This document shows positions 18,572 through 26,606 of a stretch of 36,154 nucleotides of DNA, one piece after another. Each line of letters begins with the position of its first letter. Within the stretch, counting starts at the first letter, position 1. The stretch is from Candidatus Zixiibacteriota bacterium. Lineage in GTDB: Bacteria > Zixibacteria > MSB-5A5 > CAIYYT01. Both the position numbers and the translations under genes were made by a program. Below the pieces are notes generated by a model, which saw only the letters and a program-made list of their open reading frames with translations, was not told the origin of the DNA and ran no database searches. The stretch spans positions 1 to 36,154 of the forward strand of contig JBECKX010000136.1 in NCBI GenBank assembly GCA_040235515.1, written 5' to 3'.

Positions 18572-19867
18572 ATGGTAGAGTGTTATATCGAAGAAATCGG
18601 CCAGCATGTCGGCGAAGTGGTTCGCCTGAAAGGCTGGGTTTACAATACTCGGTCGTCCGGTAAGGTTGGTTTTGTCATTTTCCGTGACGGCACGGGAATG
18701 CTGCAGTGCGTCTTCGTCAAGAACGAGCTTTCGGAGGAAGTCTGGGAGCGCTTCGGCAGCCTGACGCAGGAGTCTTCGATCATTGTGAGCGGCGAGGTTA
18801 AGGAAGAACCGCGCGCGATTGGCGGGTATGAGCTGCTGATCAAGGATCTCCAAGTGGTCCAGAGGACGCAGGATTACCCGATTACGCCAAAAGAACACTC
18901 CACCGGGTTCCTGATGCAGCATCGGCACCTGTGGCTGCGCTCAAAGCGGCAGTATCATATTATGCGGGTGCGCAATGAGATCATCATGGCGATCCGGCAG
19001 TACTTCTACGAGCGCCATTATGTCCTGATCGACACGCCGATCCTGACCGGGGCGATAGGGGAGGGCGCATCGACCCTCTTCGAGACAGAATATTTCGACT
19101 TAGGGAAAGCCTATCTCGCCCAGACCGGGCAGCTTTATCTCGAAGCGGCGGCGATGGCGCATGGCAAAGTGTATTGCTTTGGGCCAACGTTCCGCGCAGA
19201 AAAATCGAAGACACGCCGCCACCTGACCGAGTTCTGGATGATCGAGGCGGAGGTTGCCTACCTCGAGTCACAGGGCAACATGGATCTGCAGGAGGATATG
19301 GTATGCTACATCGTGCAGTGGGTGCTCGATAAGGCATCCGATCACCTGGTGGAACTTGAACGTGACGTGATGCAGTTGATGGCAATCAAGAAACCGTTTT
19401 ACCGGCTCAGTTATGATGAGGCTATCGAGAAACTGCACGAAGCCGGTTCGCAGATACAATGGGGTGACGACCTGGGCGCAGAGGATGAGACAAATCTCAC
19501 CCGGATGTATGACCGCCCGGTGTTCATCTACAACTATCCGCGTGATGCCAAGGCGTTCTACATGAAGGTCAACCCGGAAAACCCGAAGACGGTGTTGTGT
19601 TCCGACCTGCTGGCGCCGGAGGGTTATGGTGAGATCATCGGCGGATCGCAACGCGAAGACGACATCGAGATGCTGCTCGAGTCGATCAAGCGTCACAACC
19701 TGCCGGTGGAACCGTTTGAGTGGTACCTTGACCTGCGCAAGTATGGCTCGGTGCCGCACGCAGGGTTTGGCCTCGGAATCGAGCGAACCGTTGCCTGGAT
19801 TTGCGGCCTGCCGCACGTTCGCGAGACGATCCCGTTCGCGCGTATGCTTTATAAGCTCTATCCATAA
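18572..19867 (+). CDS. asnS: Asparagine--tRNA ligase
   Basis: OB-fold LKGWVYNTRSSGK..FRDGTG; AYLAQTGQLYLE; FRAEKSKTRRHLTEFWMIE; GEIIGGSQRE; YGSVPHAGFGLGIER. Confidence 0.95.
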   Translation: MVECYIEEIGQHVGEVVRLKGWVYNTRSSGKVGFVIFRDGTGMLQCVFVKNELSEEVWERFGSLTQESSIIVSGEVKEEPRAIGGYELLIKDLQVVQRTQDYPITPKEHSTGFLMQHRHLWLRSKRQYHIMRVRNEIIMAIRQYFYERHYVLIDTPILTGAIGEGASTLFETEYFDLGKAYLAQTGQLYLEAAAMAHGKVYCFGPTFRAEKSKTRRHLTEFWMIEAEVAYLESQGNMDLQEDMVCYIVQWVLDKASDHLVELERDVMQLMAIKKPFYRLSYDEAIEKLHEAGSQIQWGDDLGAEDETNLTRMYDRPVFIYNYPRDAKAFYMKVNPENPKTVLCSDLLAPEGYGEIIGGSQREDDIEMLLESIKRHNLPVEPFEWYLDLRKYGSVPHAGFGLGIERTVAWICGLPHVRETIPFARMLYKLYP

Positions 19868-19954
19868 GCGGTTTTCAAGCGCTACAGCCGTGAGCTTCCT
19901 CAAGTGAAGCTCAATCGACCGACAATTGCAGAGACTTCGTAAATCGAGATTACC

Positions 19955-22480
19955 ATGAGTGATACCAGGAGTTCGAAAGGCTCAGAGACAGAACAAAGAC
20001 TGGCTTATGACTTCTCAGAGATCGAGCCGAAGTGGCAAAGATTCTGGGAAGCGGAGCAGGTTTTCAAGGCACCGGAGAAACCGAAGAAGGATGACAAGTA
20101 TTACCTGCTGGTAATGTTTGCTTATCCGTCGGGTGATATCCACATGGGGCACTTCCGCAACTATATCTACGGCGATGCGATCGTGCGTCAAAAGTGGATG
20201 CAGGGTAAGGAAGTACTGCATCCGTTTGGTTGGGATGCCTTCGGGCTGCCGGCCGAGCAGGCCGCGATCAAGCGTGGGTTGCACCCGGCCGAGTGGACGA
20301 TGAAGAATATCGGCGTGTCCCGAGACACGCTCAAGAAGGTGGGAATCTCGTTCGACTGGAGCCGCGAAGTCACGACCTGCCTGCCGGAGTACTATCGCTG
20401 GAGCCAATGGATTTTCCTCAAGATGTATGAGCGCGGGCTGGCGTACCGCAAAGACTCGCTGGTGAATTTCTGTCCTACCTGCAACACGGTGCTGGCCAAT
20501 GAGCAGGTAGAGGCTGACGGCAACTGCTGGCGCTGCGGCGACCGGGTTGTCAAGAAACGCCTGAACCAGTGGTTTTTCAAGATCACCGAGTACGCTGATC
20601 GGCTGCTGCAGAGCCTCGATGAGCTTCCCGGCTGGCCCGATCGGCTGAAGGCGATGCAGCGTAACTGGATCGGCAAGTCGATCGGCTGTGAGATCAATTT
20701 CAAGTTGGAGAATTCGGAGATCGAGATACCGGTCTTCACGACCCGGCCCGACACGATTTTCGGAGTGACTTTTATGGCGATCGCTCCGGAAGCAGAACTG
20801 CTGGAGAAACTGGATATACCGGCTGATCGCAAGGAGGCAGTGGAGCAATACATCCAGAAGGCGATTGCCAAGTCGGAGATCGAACGCCAGGCTGAAACCG
20901 ATGATAAGGATGGCGTTTTCACGGGACTTTATGCGATCAACCCGTTCAACGGAGAAAAGGTGCAGCTGTGGGTAGCTGACTATGTGCTGGCCTCGTATGG
21001 TACCGGCGTCGTCATGGCGGTCCCGGCGCACGACCAACGCGATTTTGTCTTTGCGAAAAAGTATGGTATCCCGATGAAGGTCGTGATCAAGCCGGAGGAT
21101 GGCGAAGCACCGAATGTCGCGGAGATGACCGAGGCTTATGTCGAGAAGGGCGCGATGGTCAATTCGGGCGACTTCGATGGTGCGGTCGGTCAAAAGGCAA
21201 TCGAACAGGTCACGGACTTCGCTGAACAGAAGGGGATAGGACGCCGCAAAGTTAATTTCAAGCTGCGCGACTGGCTGCTATCGCGACAGCGCTACTGGGG
21301 GACGCCGATCCCGATCATTCACTGTGAAAAGTGTGGTGAGGTACAGGTGCCGTATGAGCAGCTTCCGGTCGAGCTGCCGATGGAAGGAGTAGACTATATT
21401 CCGAAGGGGCGTTCACCGCTGGCGGATGCAGAAGCCTGGGTCAATGTGGCATGCCCTAAGTGCGGCGGTCCGGCGAAGCGAGATGCCGATACGATGGATA
21501 CGTTCATCTGTTCTTCGTGGTATATGCTGCGTTATGTCGACAACAAGAACGAGCAGGCGCCGTTCGACGTTGAGAAGGCGAACCTGTGGTTTCCGATTGA
21601 TATGTACATCGGCGGGATCACCCACGCCACCGGTCACCTGATTTACTTCCGCTTCTTTACCAAGTTCCTGCATGACCTGGGGATGCTTGAGTATGATGAG
21701 CCCGCTGAGCGTGTTTTCAATCATGGTATGGTGATGGACTCGCAGGGAGTGACGATGTCGAAATCGCGCGGCAATGTGGTCAGCCCGATCGAGCTGATCG
21801 CGGAGCGGGGGGTCGATGTTACTCGCCTGGCGATGTATTTCGCGGCGCCGGCTGACCGGGAGATGCCGTGGACTGCCGAGGGGCTGGTTGGAGTCGAGCG
21901 TTTTCTGAACAAGTTCTACCGCCTGATTGAGGGAGCCGCTACGGCTGGAGGAGCGATCGATATTGAGAAGCGGTTTGATTCGAACTCATTCTCCGGCGAG
22001 CAGAAGGCAGTCTATATCCGCCTCAACCAGACCATTAAGAAACTCACAGAAGATATTGAGAATCTGCAGTTTAATACTGCTGTTGCGGCAATAATGGAGT
22101 TCCTGGGCAACTTCGATCCTGCCAAGATCGAGGACGAGGAGTTCTCCAGAATTGTCACCGCCAGGGTGGTGCAGTTGATTGCTCCGATGGCACCGCATTT
22201 CGCGGAGGAAGCCTGGCGAATGCTGGGGTTCGAGGGCTCGATTTTCCACAGCACGTGGCCGGCATTCGACGAGAATGCTGTACAGTTCGACACGGTGACA
22301 GTCGTCGTGCAGATCAATGGCAAGGTGCGTGATCAGCTTGAGGTTGACCGCGAGATCTCCGAGGAAGCGATAAAAGAGCTGGCGTTTGCGCGCGAAAAGG
22401 TGCAGAAGAATATCGAAGGGCGCGAAGTAGTTAAGGCGATCTATGTAAAGGGAAAGTTGATTTCGCTGGTGGTTCGCTAA
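19955..22480 (+). CDS. leuS: Leucine--tRNA ligase
   Basis: YPSGDIHMGH (HIGH), GWDAFGLPAE, editing-domain FTTRPDT and AVPAHDQRD, LRDWLLSRQRYWG, TMSKS, VQINGKVR. Confidence 0.98.
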   Translation: MSDTRSSKGSETEQRLAYDFSEIEPKWQRFWEAEQVFKAPEKPKKDDKYYLLVMFAYPSGDIHMGHFRNYIYGDAIVRQKWMQGKEVLHPFGWDAFGLPAEQAAIKRGLHPAEWTMKNIGVSRDTLKKVGISFDWSREVTTCLPEYYRWSQWIFLKMYERGLAYRKDSLVNFCPTCNTVLANEQVEADGNCWRCGDRVVKKRLNQWFFKITEYADRLLQSLDELPGWPDRLKAMQRNWIGKSIGCEINFKLENSEIEIPVFTTRPDTIFGVTFMAIAPEAELLEKLDIPADRKEAVEQYIQKAIAKSEIERQAETDDKDGVFTGLYAINPFNGEKVQLWVADYVLASYGTGVVMAVPAHDQRDFVFAKKYGIPMKVVIKPEDGEAPNVAEMTEAYVEKGAMVNSGDFDGAVGQKAIEQVTDFAEQKGIGRRKVNFKLRDWLLSRQRYWGTPIPIIHCEKCGEVQVPYEQLPVELPMEGVDYIPKGRSPLADAEAWVNVACPKCGGPAKRDADTMDTFICSSWYMLRYVDNKNEQAPFDVEKANLWFPIDMYIGGITHATGHLIYFRFFTKFLHDLGMLEYDEPAERVFNHGMVMDSQGVTMSKSRGNVVSPIELIAERGVDVTRLAMYFAAPADREMPWTAEGLVGVERFLNKFYRLIEGAATAGGAIDIEKRFDSNSFSGEQKAVYIRLNQTIKKLTEDIENLQFNTAVAAIMEFLGNFDPAKIEDEEFSRIVTARVVQLIAPMAPHFAEEAWRMLGFEGSIFHSTWPAFDENAVQFDTVTVVVQINGKVRDQLEVDREISEEAIKELAFAREKVQKNIEGREVVKAIYVKGKLISLVVR

Positions 22481-22513
22481 ACTGCTGGTTCGCTCAACTG
22501 GTGATTCGCTAAA
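22466..22513 (+). repeat. 3 x 16-bp tandem repeat of the leuS 3' end
   Basis: CTGGTGGTTCGCTAAA / CTGCTGGTTCGCTCAA / CTGGTGATTCGCTAAA. Confidence 0.9.
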
Positions 22514-22547
22514 GGAAACCTACGCCCACCTAAGCGCCGTTGTCAGC

Positions 22548-22586
22548 GAGAATCTATATTGAGAATCTCGATCGAGAATCTCGATA
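22548..22586 (+). repeat. 3 x 13-bp tandem repeat
   Basis: GAGAATCTATATT / GAGAATCTCGATC / GAGAATCTCGATA. Confidence 0.85.
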
Positions 22587-22635
22587 AAGTCTCTGCCACG
22601 ACACAGGGTTAAGATACTCGCTCATAGTACGATGT

Positions 22636-23757
22636 TCACTGCAGGTTCCGGCCCGTGTCGCTCTCTGCAGGTTTTTCCGCAGATGTAACAAACAGGGTAC
22701 GAGTGGGATAGGCAAAATCTATCTCTTCCTGCTTGAACTTACGGAACAGCCTGAGGTTTATCTCCTGCTGGGCATCCATATATTTCTTGTACTCGCCGGT
22801 TTCGATATAGTAAACCACTTCAAAATCGAGACTTGACTCGCCATACCTGAAGAAATGCGCGCGATCGAAGCGTGCTGTCTCGATGCTGTCGATGATTTCC
22901 TTCACATAGACCGGGATCTGTTCCAGCTTCTCAGCCGGGGTCTGGTAGACCACTCCGAAGGAAAAAACGATGCGCCGCTCCGCCATTTTCTTGAAATTGC
23001 GGATCCGGCTCTTGAGTAAATCGTTGTTGGAGAAGATGATCTCTTCGCCCTGCAGTGCCTGGATGCGCGTGGTTTTCAGGCCGATCTTCTTAACCGTCCC
23101 CAGCTTATCATCGACGATGAGAAAGTCGCCCACTTCGAACGGCTTATCGAAAATAATCGCCACGAAGCTGAACGCGTCCCCCAGAATGCTCTGTACGGCA
23201 AGAGCGATGGCGATACCTCCGACGCCGAGGCCCGCCACGAGCGCGCTGATATTGACGCCGAGGTTATCCATGATGATCAGCAGCACAACCGACCAGAGGA
23301 TTACCCTCGCGATATACTTGACAGCGATGAAAGCTGTCAGCGCGGCGGCATCATCCTGTTTCTCGCGCATGCTGCGGGCATGGGCAAGCAAGCCCTCCAG
23401 GATCGCGCTGGCGTAAAGGGCGATCTGGAGGATGACGGTGATGCTGAGGAGATAGCCACGGCCTGCAACAATCTTTTCAGGCAGGTCAAGAGGATAGGAG
23501 GCGACCACTAATCCAATCACCGCGGCGAAGAAGAGATTCGTTTTGCCGATCGCGCTGACGAAGATATCGTCGAACGCTGTGTCGGTCCTGTGGGCGACGC
23601 GGCCGAGGACTCTCAGGAGGATGCGTCTGATGATAGCGGTACCGAACACGATCAGCAGCAGCACAGCGGCCGCGATCAACCACTCCAGGATCGAGTTGCC
23701 GAGGAATTGCTCTCTAAGAAAGGGAAATGTCTCGTCGAGTACTGCTATCTGTTCCAT
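22636..23757 (-). CDS. mscS: Small-conductance mechanosensitive channel family protein
   Basis: Several N-terminal TM helices; ALVAGLGVGGIAIALAVQ, DKPFEVGD, GTVKKIGLKTTRI, IDFAYPTRTL. Confidence 0.93.
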   Translation of the reverse strand: MEQIAVLDETFPFLREQFLGNSILEWLIAAAVLLLIVFGTAIIRRILLRVLGRVAHRTDTAFDDIFVSAIGKTNLFFAAVIGLVVASYPLDLPEKIVAGRGYLLSITVILQIALYASAILEGLLAHARSMREKQDDAAALTAFIAVKYIARVILWSVVLLIIMDNLGVNISALVAGLGVGGIAIALAVQSILGDAFSFVAIIFDKPFEVGDFLIVDDKLGTVKKIGLKTTRIQALQGEEIIFSNNDLLKSRIRNFKKMAERRIVFSFGVVYQTPAEKLEQIPVYVKEIIDSIETARFDRAHFFRYGESSLDFEVVYYIETGEYKKYMDAQQEINLRLFRKFKQEEIDFAYPTRTLFVTSAEKPAESDTGRNLQ

Positions 23758-24215
23758 AACTCAATAAACCATACGCCTGTAAGGGTTGACCGATTGAGGA
23801 AGATAGGGGAGATATTGCCAGAGGACAACGGCATTCTCCAGATTAGCATCTTTATATAATATATATTATCAGACATTGCAGCTGGGGGGTCATTGCTGAC
23901 GGTCGGTATGGGATATCGAGTAAGCGCCCTGCTCCGGGTGGATTCCGGCTACCTGGGTCGATCTGGACCGCAAGGCTGGTGTGTTGATGATCGAGTGCTG
24001 ATTGAATTCCCTGGTCACTCGCATCTCCTCGGGGGCCGGCGTTATGGCCAACTGCGCCGATTTGGTGAGCGGGCGCCGAGTCCTACTGGTATGGGAGCAA
24101 TCCTATATCTATTCAATCGCTACAACAGAATCGCTCCTGCTCAGTTATTGAGGCGTCATGGGCTAATTGGGTATCACTAAAGGGGTTAGCCTCGAATCTC
24201 CCCTGCTGGAAATTT

Positions 24216-24231
24216 CGGCGCGGCAGTTGCT
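24216..24231 (+). promoter_or_regulatory. Sigma-54 (-24/-12) promoter of the minor pilin operon
   Basis: CGGCGCGGCAGTTGCT fits GG-N10-GC with TTGCT, about 35 bp before the likely pilV-like start. Confidence 0.65.
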
Positions 24232-24266
24232 TTACTCTGTGCAGTGAAACTATGGCGAGGTATGAG

Positions 24267-24650
24267 ATGAAGAGTTTTAAAAAGCTTTTTAGTCGAATCA
24301 GGACCCAGCGGGGGTTCACGATTTTAGAGGTTATGGTTGGCATTATCATTTTCACACTGGGGCTATTGCTGCTTGGATCGATGATGATTGTCTCCATCGA
24401 CGGGAACGTTTGGTCGAACAAGACAACTGAAGTGGTTCAGGTGATTCGCGACAAGGTTGAGGATTTCCGGAACATGAAGTCGGCGGACATGGTTAGCGGC
24501 GCGGATGTCGTTAACGGTCTGAGCCGCTCATGGACGGTATCCGATGCAGCGGATAACCTGAAGCAACTGACAGTAGTGGTAAGTTGGAACGATAAACGGG
24601 ACGTTTCTCATGCGTGTACAACAGCTACTTACATCCAAGTGGGTTCATAG
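24267..24650 (+). CDS. Type IV minor pilin, PilV-like
   Basis: Class III signal QRG/FTILEVMVGIIIFTLGLL; C-terminal SRSWTV..LKQLTVVVSW; start at ATG 24267 (GAGGT 5 nt upstream), alternative 24252. Confidence 0.85.
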   Translation: MKSFKKLFSRIRTQRGFTILEVMVGIIIFTLGLLLLGSMMIVSIDGNVWSNKTTEVVQVIRDKVEDFRNMKSADMVSGADVVNGLSRSWTVSDAADNLKQLTVVVSWNDKRDVSHACTTATYIQVGS

Positions 24651-25500
24651 AACAGCGGAACCAACAAGGTTTGCCCGACCTGGAGCGAAGCTCTTCGGCC
24701 TGGGTGAGCGCGGAACTACGCTCGTTGAAGTACTTATCGCGGCGCTGATCGCTTCAATCACGGTCGCAGCCGGGATGGACTTATTGATCAATCAGAACAA
24801 GAATCATGTGATACAGGAAGGTATCGCCGAGATGCAGCACAATGGCCGGGTGACAGCGGAAGAACTGGTTGAGAAGATCAGGCAGGCGGGTTATCAGCTC
24901 CCTGAGGGTCTTCCGGCAATCTACGCCTGGAACAGCGACCCTGACACGATTGCAGTGGCGTTCCTGGTGGAGCCGCTTTGTACGGCTTCCCTCTCGGACC
25001 CGATGCCGCAACCATCCTCAGAATTGAAGTTGAAGGATTCCGATGTGAGCTGTTTCGAGGATGATACCTGGGCTTACATTCATGATCCGCTCACCAATAC
25101 CGGCGAATTTTTCCTGATTACGCACGTTCAGGTGTCGGCGGGCATGATCCAGCACAACACGATGTCGCTCTCGAAGAAGTACGATGCCGGGTCGAATGTC
25201 TTCAGGCTCGAGTTCTACAAGTACTATGTGGACCAGAGTGACACGACAAGGCCATTGTTTATGATGGCGCACAACGGCAAAGATCCGGTGATCTATGCAG
25301 ACAACATCAAGGACCTGCAATTTACCTACACGATGACAGATGGAAGCACGCGGGACACGATCGCGCTGGCGCGCTACGTGCGACAGGTGAATATCCAGGT
25401 AGTCGCCCAGACCGCAAATAAGGACCTGTTCGTCGGGGATATCCGGCGTGACACGCTGGCGACCTCGGTACAGGTTCGCAACCTGGATCTGGGTGGTTGA
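24610..25500 (+). CDS. Type IV minor pilin, PilW-like (paralogue 1)
   Basis: ERG/TTLVEVLIA; EMQHNGR..IRQAGY; YADNIKDLQF; C-terminal VQVRNL. Start uncertain (overlaps the upstream gene by 41 bp). Confidence 0.85.
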   Translation: MRVQQLLTSKWVHRTAEPTRFARPGAKLFGLGERGTTLVEVLIAALIASITVAAGMDLLINQNKNHVIQEGIAEMQHNGRVTAEELVEKIRQAGYQLPEGLPAIYAWNSDPDTIAVAFLVEPLCTASLSDPMPQPSSELKLKDSDVSCFEDDTWAYIHDPLTNTGEFFLITHVQVSAGMIQHNTMSLSKKYDAGSNVFRLEFYKYYVDQSDTTRPLFMMAHNGKDPVIYADNIKDLQFTYTMTDGSTRDTIALARYVRQVNIQVVAQTANKDLFVGDIRRDTLATSVQVRNLDLGG

Positions 25501-25766
25501 ACGGGGTGAGTGTTTCCGCACCCCGGACAACGACGAAGTTGAAGCATAGTGATCTTGAGTATGATGAGTTAGAGGGAGAGTCTTAGAAGAGCGAAGTATA
25601 CGATCGACAGGATTGTTCAAGGTGGAAGAAGTCCTGGACGTTTCTCACCGACGCCATCCTGCAGCCTGTCGAGAATTTGTATCGCCAGTGAAACAGCAAC
25701 TCCCCTGCCCTGCCGGCAGGCAGAGAAACTGGCGAGATAATCATCACGAAGGATGGTGAACAAGTT

Positions 25767-26588
25767 ATGCGAAAAGTAAGAAGAACATTGAGATGGAGCG
25801 GATCAGGTGGGTTTACGCTCGCCGAGGTCCTGATCGCGGCGCTGATTTCGGCGTTCGTGGTCACGGCGGCGCTCCAGCTTTTTATCGACCAGAGCGAGAC
25901 TCATCTCGTTCAGGCCGGCATCACAGACATGCAGCAGAATGGGCGTGCGGCGATTGATGAACTGAGCGCTCGTATTCGCCAGGCCGGCTACATGTTGCCG
26001 TTGAGCGTGGAGGCGCTGCAGTCGTGGAACAGCAATCCGGACACGATTGCGGTCGCGTTTCTTTCGGAGCCTGCCTGCACGGCGTCGTTATCGGTAGCCA
26101 TGGCGGGAACGGCATCCGAGCTGCGCTGCGAGGATTCGGATATCGGTTGTTTCCAGTCTGACAGCTGGGCATACATTTACGATCCGATCAACGAAACCGG
26201 CGAGTACTTTTTCATAACGGGATTGGATGCAAGTTCCGGACGTATTTATCATACCACCCCCCTCTCGACTCCGTATGCGGCGAAGGCTCAGCTTTACGTG
26301 ATAGACTACTTCAAGTATTACGTGGACAAGAGCGACACGCTGCATCCACTCTTCATGATGCAGAAGGATGGCGGAGACCCGGTGGTGTATGCCGACAATA
26401 TCGGGGATCTGCAGTTCGAGTATGTTTACCCCGACGGCAGCGTTCGTGATACGATCAGTCTGTCGCGTTACATCCGCCAGGTCAACCTGGATGTGATGGT
26501 GCAGACGGCCGACAAGGACCTCTGGGCCGAGGAGTATCGGCATGATACGCTCAGCACCAAGGTTAAGATCAGAAATTTGGGATTATAG
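25767..26588 (+). CDS. Type IV minor pilin, PilW-like (paralogue 2)
   Basis: GG/FTLAEVLIA; DMQQNGR..IRQAGY; YADNIGDLQF; VKIRNL; colinear with paralogue 1. Confidence 0.87.
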   Translation: MRKVRRTLRWSGSGGFTLAEVLIAALISAFVVTAALQLFIDQSETHLVQAGITDMQQNGRAAIDELSARIRQAGYMLPLSVEALQSWNSNPDTIAVAFLSEPACTASLSVAMAGTASELRCEDSDIGCFQSDSWAYIYDPINETGEYFFITGLDASSGRIYHTTPLSTPYAAKAQLYVIDYFKYYVDKSDTLHPLFMMQKDGGDPVVYADNIGDLQFEYVYPDGSVRDTISLSRYIRQVNLDVMVQTADKDLWAEEYRHDTLSTKVKIRNLGL

Positions 26589-26606
26589 AAATAGAGGTAT
26601 GCAACG

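Noticed and set aside
19891..19913. Hairpin TGAGCTTC/GAAGCTCA between asnS and leuS as a terminator
   Set aside because: No U-tract follows; more likely a stabilising or incidental stem.
7430..21193. Long antisense ORFs (7430-8752, 14046-15041, 15129-15947, 20015-21193 and similar)
   Set aside because: They fully overlap conserved genes on the opposite strand, carry no recognisable motifs, and are expected shadows of GC-rich codon usage.
23893..24180. 95-aa ORF upstream of the pilin operon
   Set aside because: TTG start, no SD, no recognisable motif; lies in a probable regulatory region.
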